Source: Chloroflexota bacterium
GTDB taxonomy: Bacteria; Chloroflexota; Chloroflexia; Chloroflexales; Roseiflexaceae
Reading direction: 5' to 3'
Length of the DNA stretch: 64,000 nt
Assembly (NCBI GenBank): GCA_046300655.1
Contig: JBKCLM010000070.1
Span: forward strand, 17,741-81,740
Shown here one piece after another: positions 1 through 10,653 of this stretch. Both the position numbers and the translations under genes were made by a program. The notes under the pieces were generated by a model. It worked only from the letters and a program-made list of their open reading frames with translations, was not told the origin of the DNA and made no database searches. The first letter of the stretch is position 1; each line of letters opens with the position of its first letter.

Positions 1-20
1 TTCGTCTCATGTAGTGCACA

Positions 21-48
21 GCAGGGGATTTCGTGCGAAATCCCCTGC
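21..48 (-). terminator. GC-rich perfect hairpin downstream of xylA (possible terminator or mRNA-stabilising stem-loop)
   Basis: GCAGGGGATTT (21-31) pairs perfectly with AAATCCCCTGC (38-48) around a 6-nt loop, 38 nt past the xylA stop. No clear U-tract on either strand, so intrinsic termination is uncertain. Confidence 0.3.
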
Positions 49-85
49 TGCAAGTGCGTTATCGTGCGGAACGCCGGGCAATGAT

Positions 86-1249
86 TTAGCGCACACCCAT
101 GATGATTTCGTTGGTCAGCTGATCAAGCTGCTCGTATGGCTGCCCACGGCTGCCAATCGCCTTGCGGTCGAAGGTGTAAGCGCTGAGTGCAGCGGCCTTC
201 TCTTTGGTGAATCCACCCTGCCAGGCTGGTAACCCGGGGGCGATACTGTTGACTTGGCGTACCAATGCCTGAATCTCACTATCCTCGTTCCAGCGCTTGG
301 CCTTCTCTTTGAGGATGAGGTACGTGCGCATACAGCCACGAGCAAAGGCCTTGACGCCCTCGTAATCATCGGTGCGGAATGCGTGGGCATCAAAGTGCTT
401 GTTGCCCGCATAACCGACATCTTCGAGGAACTTGACTAGCATAAACGCACCCTTGAGGTTGGCCGCACCAAAGCGGAAGTCTTGGTCGTAACGGCCAATC
501 ACCTGGTCGTTCAGGTCAATATGGAATAACTTGCCCATCTCCCAGGCCTGTGCCACACCATGCAAGAAGTTGAGCCCAGCCATCGTCTCGTGGGCGACCT
601 CAGGGTTGACACCCACCATCTCGGCATGATCAAGCGTACTGATGAATGCTAGTGCATGACCGACCGTCGACAAGAAGATGTCGCCACGTGGCTCGTTTGG
701 CTTGGGCTCAAGCGCAAACTGCAAGTCATACCCTTGCGATTTGACGTAATGTGTGAGGAAGTTAATTGATTCGCGGAAGCGTTTGACCGCCTCGGCTGGG
801 TTCTTGGTGGCGTCGGTCTCAGTCCCCTCGCGCCCACCCCAGAACACGTACACTTTGGCGCCACACTCCACGCCCAAATCAATCGCACGCATCGTCTTTT
901 GGACGGCATAGGCGCGCACTGATGCGTCGTTTGAGGTGAATGCACCATCGCGGAATGCAGGGTCGGTGAACAGGTTGGTGGTGGCCATCGGCACAACTAA
1001 CCCAGTGTCGTTCAAGGCCTTCTTAAAATCGCGCACAATCTGGTTGCGCTCATCTGATGTCGCATCAATTGGCACCAAATCATTGTCATGAAAGTTCACG
1101 CCATATGCGCCTACATCGGCGAGGAGATGCACCAATTCAACCGGCGACTTTGCCGCGCGTACCGGCTCACCAAATGGGTCGCGGCCAACGTTGCCGACCG
1201 TCCATAACCCGAAAGTAAACTTGTGCTCGGGACGTGGTGTGTAATCCAT
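86..1249 (-). CDS. xylA: Xylose isomerase, short class I type (387 aa)
   Basis: Full-length ORF with N-terminus [19 protein letters not shown] and blocks FHDNDL, WGGREG and [11 protein letters not shown] typical of XylA. AAGGAGG lies 7 nt upstream of ATG 1249. Confidence 0.95.
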   Translation of the reverse strand: MDYTPRPEHKFTFGLWTVGNVGRDPFGEPVRAAKSPVELVHLLADVGAYGVNFHDNDLVPIDATSDERNQIVRDFKKALNDTGLVVPMATTNLFTDPAFRDGAFTSNDASVRAYAVQKTMRAIDLGVECGAKVYVFWGGREGTETDATKNPAEAVKRFRESINFLTHYVKSQGYDLQFALEPKPNEPRGDIFLSTVGHALAFISTLDHAEMVGVNPEVAHETMAGLNFLHGVAQAWEMGKLFHIDLNDQVIGRYDQDFRFGAANLKGAFMLVKFLEDVGYAGNKHFDAHAFRTDDYEGVKAFARGCMRTYLILKEKAKRWNEDSEIQALVRQVNSIAPGLPAWQGGFTKEKAAALSAYTFDRKAIGSRGQPYEQLDQLTNEIIMGVR

Positions 1250-1478
1250 CTGTGATCCTCCTTGGATCGTATTCAGGTGTCAGAGCGGAACAGCGCCATT
1301 CTACCATGAGATTGTATGTCGATTATCAACACTGCATTCTGTCATGTTGTGCGCGGCCATTTCGTATTATGTGTTCGTATTGCGCACCAATCATGTATGC
1401 CTGTCAGCGTTTTTTTCCAAAAGAACAATGGTAATTTGGGGTATAATCATCGTGAATCAACCGAAGACGCAACGGAGC

Positions 1479-4286
1479 ATGTCTATGCCCCAGCCACAAG
1501 ACCGCGGCGGGCGCGATCGCCTGTCGGCGGTAATTCATTTTTTGGGGGATTTGCTCGGCGACGTGATTCGTTCACAGGCCGGCTTATCCGCTTACGAAAG
1601 CGAAGAATTCGTTCGTTCGCTCAGCAAAGAGTTACGCCATCAACCTTCGCCTGAGCGTATCCGTGATCTCCAACGTCATATTGCCAACTTGGATGTCGCC
1701 GGACTCAAGAATATCCTCAAAGCCTTTAGTACCTACTTTGCCCTTGTCAACCTCTCTGAGCAACTCCAACGCATCTGGGTGCTCGATGAGCGTGATCGTA
1801 CCGCCCGACTCAATGGCTCATCACGTAGTGAATCGCTCGGCGAGGCTATCCGCGATATCGCGCAAGCCGGTGTGACGCCGGCCGAGCTAACCGCTTGGAT
1901 GACACAAGCCTGCATTCGCCCTGTCTTTACGGCGCACCCTACCGAGGCCCGACGTCGCACCATCCTCGACAAATTGCGCCGGCTGGCCAGCGCTTTGAGC
2001 GCTGCTGCCACCGATATGTCGCATCTCGATGACCCCGAGGTCGTCAGCCTTGTGCGCGAGGAGATGCTCGGCATGTGGCAAAGCGACGAGATTCGCGTGG
2101 TGCGCCCAACCGTCATCGACGAGGTCAACAATGGCCTTTACTACTTTGAGCAGAGCATCGTCAATCTCATCCCGCATCTCTATCGCGAACTTGAGCGTTC
2201 GCTCGCCCGCGAGTATCCAGGGGTGACATGGCGCGTGCCGGCGATTTTACGCTTTGGCTCTTGGATGGGTGGCGACCGCGACGGCAATCCGTTTGTCCGC
2301 CCCGAGACAACGGTCACCGCCGTGCGCTTGATGCGATTGGCCGCCCTCGAATTTTATCGCGACCAGTGCGACCTAATTAGTCGACGCCTCAGTTATTCCG
2401 ATCGCCAAGTGTCGATTAGCGCTGAATTGCGTGAGTCATTAAATCAGTACGCGCAACGTTTTTCTGAGTTTGATGCCGAGATCAACCGTCGCTACCCGCA
2501 TGAACCATACCGACGCAAGTGTCTGTTTATTGCACATCGCTTGCAACACACGATTGACGCGACAGAGAGCCTCAAACCGGTGTGGTCACTTGCCCACGAT
2601 GCGCATCACCCCGACAGTTATGACACGGCTGATGAGTTGCTTGCCGATTTGAACCTGATGCAGGATTCACTTGTCGCCTATGGTGGTGCCGATGCGGCAA
2701 GCCGATCGCTTGCCGATTTAATTCGTCAGGTTGAGGTCTTTGGCTTGAGCTTTGCCACCCTCGATGTGCGTCAGCACAGCGAGCGCCATTCGACAGCCCT
2801 CGCCGAGATTTTTGCGCATGCGGGTGTCCATGTCGATTACTTAGCCTGTGACGAGGCAACGCGTGCGCGACTGTTACAACATGAACTTGACACCCACCGT
2901 CCGCTTATTCCTGCGCGTCTGCCCTACAGTGAGGCGACGAACGAAATCGTCGAGACGTTCCGCATCATCTCAGCCATCAACGAGCAGTTAGCACCTGGTG
3001 TCATCCAAACAGTGATTGTGAGCATGACCAAGGGTGTTTCCGATGTGCTCACGGTCCTGTTGTTGGCACGCGAGGCTGGAGTACTCGAATTGCCGAATGG
3101 TGGCATCGATATCGTGCCGTTGTTCGAGACGGGCGATGACCTCGCCAATGGCGAGCATATCATCCGTGCCTGTTGGGATGTGCCAAGCTACCGAGCGCAT
3201 TTGGCCAAACGTGGCAATTTGCAAGAGGTGATGATCGGTTACTCCGATAGCAACAAAGACGTCGGCTTTGTGGCGGCTAACTGGGCGCTCTACGAGGCCC
3301 AACGCAAATTACGCGATATCGGTCGCGAATACGGCATTAGCATGCGACTATTCCATGGTCGTGGTGGCTCAATTGGTCGTGGTGGTGGCCCTACCAACGA
3401 GGCAATTTTGGCCCAACCGCCGGGGAGTGTGGCTGGCCAAATCAAAATCACTGAACAAGGTGAGGTTATCTCGGATCGATACGGTCTGGCAGCGATTGCC
3501 AAACGCCACCTCGAGCAAGTGTTGCACGCTGTCATCAAAGCAGCGTTTGCCCAACCTACTGATCCTCCCGCTGCCTGGACTCATGCACTCGAGCAGTTGG
3601 CGACGACATCGCGCCAGAGTTATCGCGGATTGGTGTACGGGCACCCACAATTTGTCCAGTTCTTCCGCGAGGTGACGCCGATTGCCGAGATTAGCCGGCT
3701 CAAAATCGGTAGCCGTCCGGCTGCTCGGCGCAACAGCCAGCGCATTGAGGATTTGCGTGCCATCCCATGGGTCTTTAGCTGGATGCAGGCGCGATTCACG
3801 TTGCCGGGCTGGTATGGTCTTGGTAGTGCCGTCAGTCAATTTGTGGCGGGGCATGCCGATGGTCCAGCGCAGGCACAGCACCTGTTGCAACAGATGTACC
3901 GCGAGTGGCCCTTCTTTCGCTCGATGATTGATAACGCCCAGATGATCCTAGCCAAGGCTGATATGTATATCGCTCAGCGCTATGCCGAGTTAGTGACGGA
4001 TCAGGCGCTCGCAACCGAGATGATGACGATTATTGAGCAGGAGTACCATCGTAGTGTGTCGGCCGTGTGCATGATTAGTGATAGTGACAAACTGCTCTCA
4101 CGCAGTCCGGTGTTACAACGCTCAATTGCCCAACGTAACCCATACGTCGACCCGATTTCGTATGTGCAGGTCGAGCTCCTCAAACGCCTGCGCGCCAATC
4201 CCGACATGGAGGGCCACGAAGAGGTCGAGGATGCCATTCTGCTCTCGATTAGTGGACTTGCCGCCGGCCTCAAAAATACCGGATAA
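1479..4286 (+). CDS. ppc: Phosphoenolpyruvate carboxylase
   Basis: Blocks VFTAHPTE, GSWMGGDRDGNP, GYSDSNKDVG and FHGRGGSIGRGGGP, with C-terminal AGLKNTG. The ORF-track start at 1344 lies upstream of the SD-like GGAG (1474-1477), so ATG 1479 or 1485 is more plausible. Confidence 0.95.
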   Translation: MSMPQPQDRGGRDRLSAVIHFLGDLLGDVIRSQAGLSAYESEEFVRSLSKELRHQPSPERIRDLQRHIANLDVAGLKNILKAFSTYFALVNLSEQLQRIWVLDERDRTARLNGSSRSESLGEAIRDIAQAGVTPAELTAWMTQACIRPVFTAHPTEARRRTILDKLRRLASALSAAATDMSHLDDPEVVSLVREEMLGMWQSDEIRVVRPTVIDEVNNGLYYFEQSIVNLIPHLYRELERSLAREYPGVTWRVPAILRFGSWMGGDRDGNPFVRPETTVTAVRLMRLAALEFYRDQCDLISRRLSYSDRQVSISAELRESLNQYAQRFSEFDAEINRRYPHEPYRRKCLFIAHRLQHTIDATESLKPVWSLAHDAHHPDSYDTADELLADLNLMQDSLVAYGGADAASRSLADLIRQVEVFGLSFATLDVRQHSERHSTALAEIFAHAGVHVDYLACDEATRARLLQHELDTHRPLIPARLPYSEATNEIVETFRIISAINEQLAPGVIQTVIVSMTKGVSDVLTVLLLAREAGVLELPNGGIDIVPLFETGDDLANGEHIIRACWDVPSYRAHLAKRGNLQEVMIGYSDSNKDVGFVAANWALYEAQRKLRDIGREYGISMRLFHGRGGSIGRGGGPTNEAILAQPPGSVAGQIKITEQGEVISDRYGLAAIAKRHLEQVLHAVIKAAFAQPTDPPAAWTHALEQLATTSRQSYRGLVYGHPQFVQFFREVTPIAEISRLKIGSRPAARRNSQRIEDLRAIPWVFSWMQARFTLPGWYGLGSAVSQFVAGHADGPAQAQHLLQQMYREWPFFRSMIDNAQMILAKADMYIAQRYAELVTDQALATEMMTIIEQEYHRSVSAVCMISDSDKLLSRSPVLQRSIAQRNPYVDPISYVQVELLKRLRANPDMEGHEEVEDAILLSISGLAAGLKNTG

Positions 4287-4340
4287 TCAGGCCAACAATG
4301 CAACACTGTGGTTGTATTGAATTGACATAAAAGGTGAACT

Positions 4341-5534
4341 ATGACGTTGCCACTCGCCAATTTGCGCGTCCTTGACCTGACGCGCGCCCTCACAGGCCCC
4401 TACTGCACCCAAATGCTGGGTGATATGGGCGCCGATGTCATCAAAATCGAACAACCAGGCGTCGGCGATAACTCGCGCGCCTGGGGCCCACCATTTGAAG
4501 GGGGCGAGAGCAGCTACTACCTCAGCGTCAACCGTAACAAGCGTAGTATGGCGCTGAATTTGCGTAACCAGCATAGTGCGACCATCATGCAAAAGTTGGT
4601 GGCGCAGAGCGATATTATCATCGAAAACTTCGTGCCGGGCACCATGGATCGCTCTGGCTTCGGCTATGAACAGTGCAAAGCCATTCGCCCTGACATCATC
4701 TACTGCTCAATCTCGGGTTTTGGTCAAGTTGGCCCAGATCGTGAACGGGCCGCCTATGACCAAATCGCCCAAGGGCTCGGCGGGCTGATGAGCGTCACCG
4801 GCGAGATTGCTGGGACACCGATGCGTGTCGGTATTGCTATTGCCGATCTCGTGGCCGGCATGCACGCCGCCTATGCGGTGATGGTCGCCGCCTACCATCG
4901 TCAAGCGACGGGCATCGGCCAGTATATTGACACATCGCTCCTATCGGGCCAACTGGCGATTATGACCTACCAAGCGGCACGCTATTTCGCCACCGGCGAG
5001 GCTCCAGCGAGTAGCGGTAATCACCACCCGACCATTTCACCATACGGCGTTTATCGTGCCAAAGATACCTGGTTTAATTTGGCAGTCGGCACCGATGATT
5101 TGTGGCGCCGGTTTTGTGATGCACTCAATCTCGCTGACCTCAAAGCAGATGTACGCTTTGCCACCAACCGTAGCCGAGCTGAGCAACGCCCTGCCCTCAA
5201 TCAACTGCTTGATGCGGTATTTGCCAACTACACCGTGGCGGAGCTCGAGCGTATCCTTGAGCCAGCCGGTATCCCGATTGGTGCCGTGCGTGACATCAAA
5301 GCGGCATTCGAGGATCCCCAAGTGCAGGCGCTCGGGCTAGTGCAGACGATTGCCCACCCTACGGCCGGCGATGTACGTGTGGTCGGTCCGCCGTACAACT
5401 TCTCTGAGACGCCGGGGACGATTCGACGCTATCCGCCACGGCTTGGTGAACACACGGATGAGATTTTGCGCGAGTTAGGCTTTGCTGAGCACGACATTGA
5501 CACCTTCCGCACTGCAGGAGCAATTGGTCAGTGA
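4341..5534 (+). CDS. Family III CoA-transferase (CaiB/BaiF/Frc-like), paralogue A
   Basis: N-terminal [30 protein letters not shown] Rossmann-like block, conserved Asp in [11 protein letters not shown]-terminal [20 protein letters not shown] lies upstream of the ATG. Confidence 0.9.
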   Translation: MTLPLANLRVLDLTRALTGPYCTQMLGDMGADVIKIEQPGVGDNSRAWGPPFEGGESSYYLSVNRNKRSMALNLRNQHSATIMQKLVAQSDIIIENFVPGTMDRSGFGYEQCKAIRPDIIYCSISGFGQVGPDRERAAYDQIAQGLGGLMSVTGEIAGTPMRVGIAIADLVAGMHAAYAVMVAAYHRQATGIGQYIDTSLLSGQLAIMTYQAARYFATGEAPASSGNHHPTISPYGVYRAKDTWFNLAVGTDDLWRRFCDALNLADLKADVRFATNRSRAEQRPALNQLLDAVFANYTVAELERILEPAGIPIGAVRDIKAAFEDPQVQALGLVQTIAHPTAGDVRVVGPPYNFSETPGTIRRYPPRLGEHTDEILRELGFAEHDIDTFRTAGAIGQ

Positions 5535-6325
5535 GTAAAGCAGAACGGATGCGGTTAGATCTCTTGCTGGTGGCGCGTGGTCTCGCTGAGTCACGCGCCA
5601 AAGCGCAGGCCTTGATCATGGCCGGTGTGGTGCGCGTCAATGGCCAGGTCTGCCGCAAGGCCGGTGAGAATTTGCTCCTCACGGCTGAACTTGCCGTCGA
5701 GGAGAGCCTGCCGTACGTAAGCCGTGGTGGCTACAAGTTAGCGCATGCCCTCGACGAATTCGGCATTGATGTCACCGGTATTACTGCTATTGACGTGGGT
5801 GCCTCAACTGGCGGATTCACCGATGTGCTGTTGCAACGCGGTGCCGCCGCCGTGTATGCGGTTGATGTGGGCTACGGCATCCTCGATTATGCGATTCGCA
5901 GTAACCCCAAAGTGATTGTGCTTGAGCGCACCAATATCCGCTATTTGACTGAGTTGCCTGCTGCTGATCATGCGACGTTGCCACCAACTGCGGCCGTGAT
6001 TGATGTGGCGTTTATTTCGCTTAAGTTGGTCCTGCCTGCCGTCAAAGCGTTGCTCGCTCCCGATGGCTGGATTATCGGCCTGATTAAGCCGCAATTTGAG
6101 GCTGGGGTTGACCAAGTCGGCAAAGGTGGCGTCGTGCGCGATACTGCCGTGCGGGCTCAGACGATTCGTGAGGTATTGCGCTCGGCCGCGGATTTGGGGT
6201 ATGGGTGCGCTGGGCTGGCGCGATCGCCCATTCAAGGACCAGCCGGCAACGTCGAGTTCTTGGCGTGGCTCAAGCGTGGCGTTGACGCCGATATCGAAAA
6301 ACGCATCGCCACCGTTGAATTGTGA
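5531..6325 (+). CDS. tlyA: TlyA-family rRNA 2'-O-methyltransferase (S4 domain plus FtsJ-like methyltransferase)
   Basis: [31 protein letters not shown] (S4-like) followed by [17 protein letters not shown] (SAM-binding). The GTG start overlaps the upstream stop as GTGA. ATG 5549 is an alternative start. Confidence 0.85.
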   Translation: MSKAERMRLDLLLVARGLAESRAKAQALIMAGVVRVNGQVCRKAGENLLLTAELAVEESLPYVSRGGYKLAHALDEFGIDVTGITAIDVGASTGGFTDVLLQRGAAAVYAVDVGYGILDYAIRSNPKVIVLERTNIRYLTELPAADHATLPPTAAVIDVAFISLKLVLPAVKALLAPDGWIIGLIKPQFEAGVDQVGKGGVVRDTAVRAQTIREVLRSAADLGYGCAGLARSPIQGPAGNVEFLAWLKRGVDADIEKRIATVEL

Positions 6326-6424
6326 TGTGGTGGATGGTTTGATTGGTTCCATTCGTGGTAGATTTGACATGTAAAAAACGCACAACCCCGTGTGTCATTG
6401 ATGTGTCTGCGAAGGGATGAATAT

Positions 6425-7615
6425 ATGCAACCGCTGACGAACATCCGTGTGCTCGACATGACCCGTGCTTTGACTGGACCATATTGCACCCAAATGCTCG
6501 GTGATATGGGCGCCGACATCATCAAAGTTGAGCAACCCAAGATTGGCGACAACTCGCGCGCCTGGGGGCCACCGTTTGTCAACGGCGAAAGCACGTACTT
6601 TATGAGTATCAACCGCAATAAGCGCAGTATTACCATTGATTTGCGCCATCCAGATAGTGCGGTCATCATGCGTGAGTTAGTTGCACAGAGCGATATTATT
6701 ATCGAAAACTTCGTGCCGGGGCACATGCACAAATACGGCTTCGATTATGAATCCTGCAAGGCCATTCGTCCTGACATCATCTACTGCTCAATTTCCGGCT
6801 TCGGCCAAGAGGGGCCCGATCACGGCCGCGCGGCCTACGATCAGGTGATTCAAGGGCTCGGTGGCGTCATGAGTGTCACCGGGTATGCTGATGGCGGTCC
6901 GATGCGCGTCGGGATAGCGTTGTCAGACATTATTAGTGGGATGAACGCCGCGTTTGCAATTATGGCAGCGACCATTCACCGCATGCAGACCGGTATCGGC
7001 CAGTACATCGATACATCGCTTTTGTCGGGGCAGCTCGCAATGATGTCGTATCATGCGGCGGCGTACTTGGCTACTGGTACTGCGCCCAAGCGGACGGGCA
7101 ATCATAACCCCGAGATTGCTCCATATGGTGTCTATCAGGCCAAGGACGGCTGGTTTAATCTGGCAGTAGGGACGAATGTGTTGTGGCAGCGCTTTTGTGA
7201 TGCGTTGCATATCACAGAACTCCGTGATGACCCGCGTTTTGCCACGAACCACGATCGCTCGGTCAACTATGCGACCATGAATGCCGAGCTTGACAAGGTA
7301 TTTCAACAGTACACCATGCGTGAGCTCCAAGACATGTTGATTCCAGCGGGTGTGCCAATAGGTGAGATCCACGATATGGCGAGTGTGTTCGCCGATCCGC
7401 AAGTCAAAGCGCTTGACGAGGTGGTGACAATTGCCCACCCTAAAGCCGGCGATATCCGGGTTGTTGGGGCGCCCTATCGCCTGACGGAGACGCCGGCCAC
7501 AGTTCGTCGCCATCCACCGATGCTCGGTGAGCATACCGATGAGATTTTGGCCGAGGTTGGTTTTGATGCGGCGCAAATCGCTGCATTCCATCAATCAGGT
7601 GTGTTGGGTGAATAA
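6425..7615 (+). CDS. Family III CoA-transferase, paralogue B
   Basis: Collinear with 4341-5534 over the whole length, roughly two-thirds identical by eye, with long identical nucleotide runs. Start moved to ATG 6425 (MQPLTNIRVLDMTR), preceded by GAAGGG. Confidence 0.9.
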   Translation: MQPLTNIRVLDMTRALTGPYCTQMLGDMGADIIKVEQPKIGDNSRAWGPPFVNGESTYFMSINRNKRSITIDLRHPDSAVIMRELVAQSDIIIENFVPGHMHKYGFDYESCKAIRPDIIYCSISGFGQEGPDHGRAAYDQVIQGLGGVMSVTGYADGGPMRVGIALSDIISGMNAAFAIMAATIHRMQTGIGQYIDTSLLSGQLAMMSYHAAAYLATGTAPKRTGNHNPEIAPYGVYQAKDGWFNLAVGTNVLWQRFCDALHITELRDDPRFATNHDRSVNYATMNAELDKVFQQYTMRELQDMLIPAGVPIGEIHDMASVFADPQVKALDEVVTIAHPKAGDIRVVGAPYRLTETPATVRRHPPMLGEHTDEILAEVGFDAAQIAAFHQSGVLGE

Positions 7616-7974
7616 ACATTCTGGAATTGTAGAGCGCGTCCTCGTGTGCTCGAATCGGCATTACATCTAACCGGTGATTGTATGTAGTGTGGGACCAACT
7701 ACAAATTGAAAGATGCTCCCTCCAAGGTGTGAGGTGTTTTCGTTGGTTCCATCAAATTCTATGATCGGTGCGCCATAGATGCTGTGTTTACGATTTACTC
7801 GCACCTCAAGTCCAAAAACACCGTAGATGATTCGATTATTGCATTCAAACAGTGCGTGAAAATACACGTTTCATAAAAAATTCCCGTTGAGATGCGTAGT
7901 GTAATACTCTAGGATAAGCATGGGATATCAGACATCGTTGTTTGAACAGAATCCATCTTGTAAGGAGTGTGACT

Positions 7975-9651
7975 ATGTTGGCCAAGAAAACCAACCCGTT
8001 TTGGCTCACGCTGGTGTGTGTCGCAATGCTTTTGTTGGCGGCGTGTGGGAGTGCTCCTGCTGCTGAGCCGACCACCGCGCCCGAACCAGCCGCTGAAGAG
8101 CCAGCCCCGGCCGTGGAGCCTACGGTAGCTCCTGAGCCTGCCCCCGCTGCAAAAGAACACGTTATCAAAATTATGACGTGGCACGGGCCTGACAGCAACA
8201 CTGGGTATTATGATGGTTACAAGCAAATCGCCGATGACTACACGGCAATGCATCCGAATGTGACGTTCGAGTTTGTCTATCAACCGCTCGACGGCTACAA
8301 GGAATTACTCGACACGCAATTCGTGTCAGGTAGCGCTCCACACATTATTCAGATGCAACCATGGATGTTTGGTGAATATGCCAACAAGGGAGTGCTGTAT
8401 AACCTCAATAATGCGTACAACTCAAAAAGTGCGTATGCTGATGCACCACGCTGGATAGATACGTTTTCCGGTGGTGAAGCCTCGTTTGCTGGAATCCGCT
8501 CATCAAATAAGTTCGGTGGCATTTTCTTTGTGCCAAGCGACAGTAATGCAACCATGTCAATCGGTCAACCTATTTTCTATAACAAAGACTTGTTTAAGAA
8601 GGCAGGACTTGACCCCGAAAAACCTCCCCAGAATTGGGAGGAATACCGGACGGTCATGAAGGCACTCAAAGCGAGTGGTGTTATTCCAGTAGCTGCTGAC
8701 AATGGACGTTGGGTTGGGTGGTCGCTCGGTCAGGTTGGCTATCAATTCGGCGAGAAATATGTTGACCAGTTTTATGATGCCAAGTACACGGATAAAAACC
8801 GTGGCGTCGAGTACTACTGGGACAAGGTGTATTTGTCATTGGCCAACGGTCAACTTGAAAACGCAGACTACTACGATGACATGTTGACAATATGGCAGGA
8901 TTACGCACAGTATTGGCAAGAAGGGTGGACAGGCACTGCCGAGGCTGATGCCCCTAATCTCTTCATGACTGGCCAAGCTGCTATGTTACAAGCCGGGTTC
9001 TGGGATTTTCAAGGGTATTCGGAGTTGATCGGTGATAAGTTCGAATGGGGAATTTTCCCTGTTCCAGTCATTACCAAAGAGACTTCGCAGTACGCCATCG
9101 GTAAGTATGGTGCACCACCGAACACGCAGGATTATGGTTTTACGGTGAATGCTACTGTTGAGCAGGACAAAGAGCTAGAGGTAGTGATTGTCGATTTCTT
9201 ACAGTATTTTTCAAGTGTTGAAGCGCAAACCAAATATGTAGAGATTGCGAAGTCATTCTCTCCTGTGGATGGTGTCCCCGTTCCAGCCGAAATCAAAGGT
9301 TTTGTGAACCCTAGCGATCGTGCTACCGCTGTTGAAGTGGTTGGATCCTCGTTCATTGAATGGGGCGATGGGGCGATTTGGCCAGGACTTTCACAAGATT
9401 TTTTGATGGGTAATATTAGTCTTGATGATTACAAAGCCAAAGTTGCCGAATTGTCACGCGATGGCTCGAAGGGGTATGTTGAGGGGATGATTGGGGCGGA
9501 TGGATATGCCGCGCAAATCACAGCTGCTGAAGCGAAACTTGCCGAAATGCAAGCTGATGGGAGTAATGAATTGATGATTCAATCCCAGCAAGCAACCATT
9601 GAGAACCTGAAGCTCCGACTTGAGATGATGCAGACATACTATAAGCCGTAA
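7975..9651 (+). CDS. Large family-1 extracellular solute-binding lipoprotein (LplA/YtcQ-like sugar ABC SBP)
   Basis: Lipobox LLLAAC-GS is followed by an Ala/Pro/Glu-rich linker and then the SBP body. AAGGAG lies 7 nt upstream of ATG 7975. Two sugar permease genes follow. Confidence 0.85.
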   Translation: MLAKKTNPFWLTLVCVAMLLLAACGSAPAAEPTTAPEPAAEEPAPAVEPTVAPEPAPAAKEHVIKIMTWHGPDSNTGYYDGYKQIADDYTAMHPNVTFEFVYQPLDGYKELLDTQFVSGSAPHIIQMQPWMFGEYANKGVLYNLNNAYNSKSAYADAPRWIDTFSGGEASFAGIRSSNKFGGIFFVPSDSNATMSIGQPIFYNKDLFKKAGLDPEKPPQNWEEYRTVMKALKASGVIPVAADNGRWVGWSLGQVGYQFGEKYVDQFYDAKYTDKNRGVEYYWDKVYLSLANGQLENADYYDDMLTIWQDYAQYWQEGWTGTAEADAPNLFMTGQAAMLQAGFWDFQGYSELIGDKFEWGIFPVPVITKETSQYAIGKYGAPPNTQDYGFTVNATVEQDKELEVVIVDFLQYFSSVEAQTKYVEIAKSFSPVDGVPVPAEIKGFVNPSDRATAVEVVGSSFIEWGDGAIWPGLSQDFLMGNISLDDYKAKVAELSRDGSKGYVEGMIGADGYAAQITAAEAKLAEMQADGSNELMIQSQQATIENLKLRLEMMQTYYKP

Positions 9652-9674
9652 TAGCTTGCCCCATCAATCTTTTT

Positions 9675-9703
9675 GGCAAGGTGGGAGTCATCCCCACCTT
9701 GCC
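9675..9703 (+). terminator. Intra-operon stem-loop after the SBP gene (attenuator or mRNA stabiliser)
   Basis: GGCAAGGTGGG (9675-9685) pairs perfectly with CCCACCTTGCC (9693-9703) around a 7-nt loop. No downstream U-tract. The position between SBP and permease genes is typical of differential-expression hairpins. Confidence 0.45.
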
Positions 9704-9726
9704 ACTAGTTGCCGACGAGGTTCATT

Positions 9727-10653
9727 ATGGTAGAACATTTGCCGAAACCGACGCAACGTCAAAAGCGTGTCAGTCAAGGTCGCAAACAGATGTGGATTGG
9801 GTGGTTATTTGTAGCACCGGCATTGTCGTTGAATCTGCTATTCGATTGGTATCCCATGTTTGAGGGTATCTACCGATCATTCTATCGGTGGGATGGCTAT
9901 AGTACTGCAGTATTTGTTGGTTTAGAGAATTTCCAGAAAATATTCAATGATTCGATTTTTTGGGGTTCTGTTGCCAACATGTTATTTTTTTTGGTTATGA
10001 GTATTGTGTTGATGATTCCAACCATCATCACGAGTGTCATATTGTTTCGCATCCGTAATATGCGTGGACAATATATCTATCGCATTCTCTTTTGTATTCC
10101 CATGGTCGTCCCGTGGATGGTGATTGTGTTAATGTGGCAGTTCATGTATAACCCCCAATATGGTTTGTTCAATCATCTTCTCACATCATTGGGATTAACC
10201 GAATGGCGACAAACGTGGCTTGGTAATCCTGAGTTAGTGAAATGGTGCCTGATTTTTATGGGCTTTCCATTCGTCACCACGAATGCCGCATTGATTTATC
10301 TCGGGGGATTGAAGAGTGTCTCTGAATCTGTATGGGAGGCAGGTGCACTTGATGGCGTAGGGCCAATTCAAAAGTTTTTCTATCTGGAATTTCCATTGAT
10401 TCTCGGACAGTTTAATTTGAATTTAATCGGTACTATCACCGCTGCCATAACTGGATATACGACACAACTGATTCTCACAAAAGGTGGTCCGGGATTTGCA
10501 TCTATGGTGCCTGGTCTATACATGTACTTGTCTGCATTCAAAAGCCAAAAGTACGGATACGCATCAGCGCTCGGGTTAGTAATGTTCGTCATGTCACTTG
10601 TCGTGACACTCATAAGCATCAAGTTTTTACAAAAAGAAGAGCATACATCATGA
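9727..10653 (+). CDS. Sugar ABC transporter permease (MalF/UgpA/LplB-like)
   Basis: Multi-TM protein with the EAA-type loop EAGALDGVGPIQKFFYLEFPL. GAGG lies 6 nt upstream of ATG 9727; the track start at 9709 is TTG. Confidence 0.85.
   Translation: MVEHLPKPTQRQKRVSQGRKQMWIGWLFVAPALSLNLLFDWYPMFEGIYRSFYRWDGYSTAVFVGLENFQKIFNDSIFWGSVANMLFFLVMSIVLMIPTIITSVILFRIRNMRGQYIYRILFCIPMVVPWMVIVLMWQFMYNPQYGLFNHLLTSLGLTEWRQTWLGNPELVKWCLIFMGFPFVTTNAALIYLGGLKSVSESVWEAGALDGVGPIQKFFYLEFPLILGQFNLNLIGTITAAITGYTTQLILTKGGPGFASMVPGLYMYLSAFKSQKYGYASALGLVMFVMSLVVTLISIKFLQKEEHTS

Noticed and set aside
1344-1478. 45-codon N-terminal extension of ppc in the ORF track
   Set aside because: The hydrophobic, Cys-rich extension is not PEPC-like and lies in the AT-rich divergent promoter region. 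The SD-like GGAG sits just before ATG 1479/1485.
7667-7867. 66-aa minus-strand ORF in the spacer upstream of the SBP gene
   Set aside because: It has a GTG start without a convincing SD, no recognisable motif, and lies in the probable promoter and regulatory region of the sugar operon. It cannot be supported as a gene from sequence alone.
7845-8283. 118-aa and 124-aa minus-strand ORFs with Ala/Gly/Ser-rich stretches
   Set aside because: They are antisense to the Ala/Pro/Glu-rich linker of the SBP lipoprotein. The low-complexity content is a mirror artefact of that linker.
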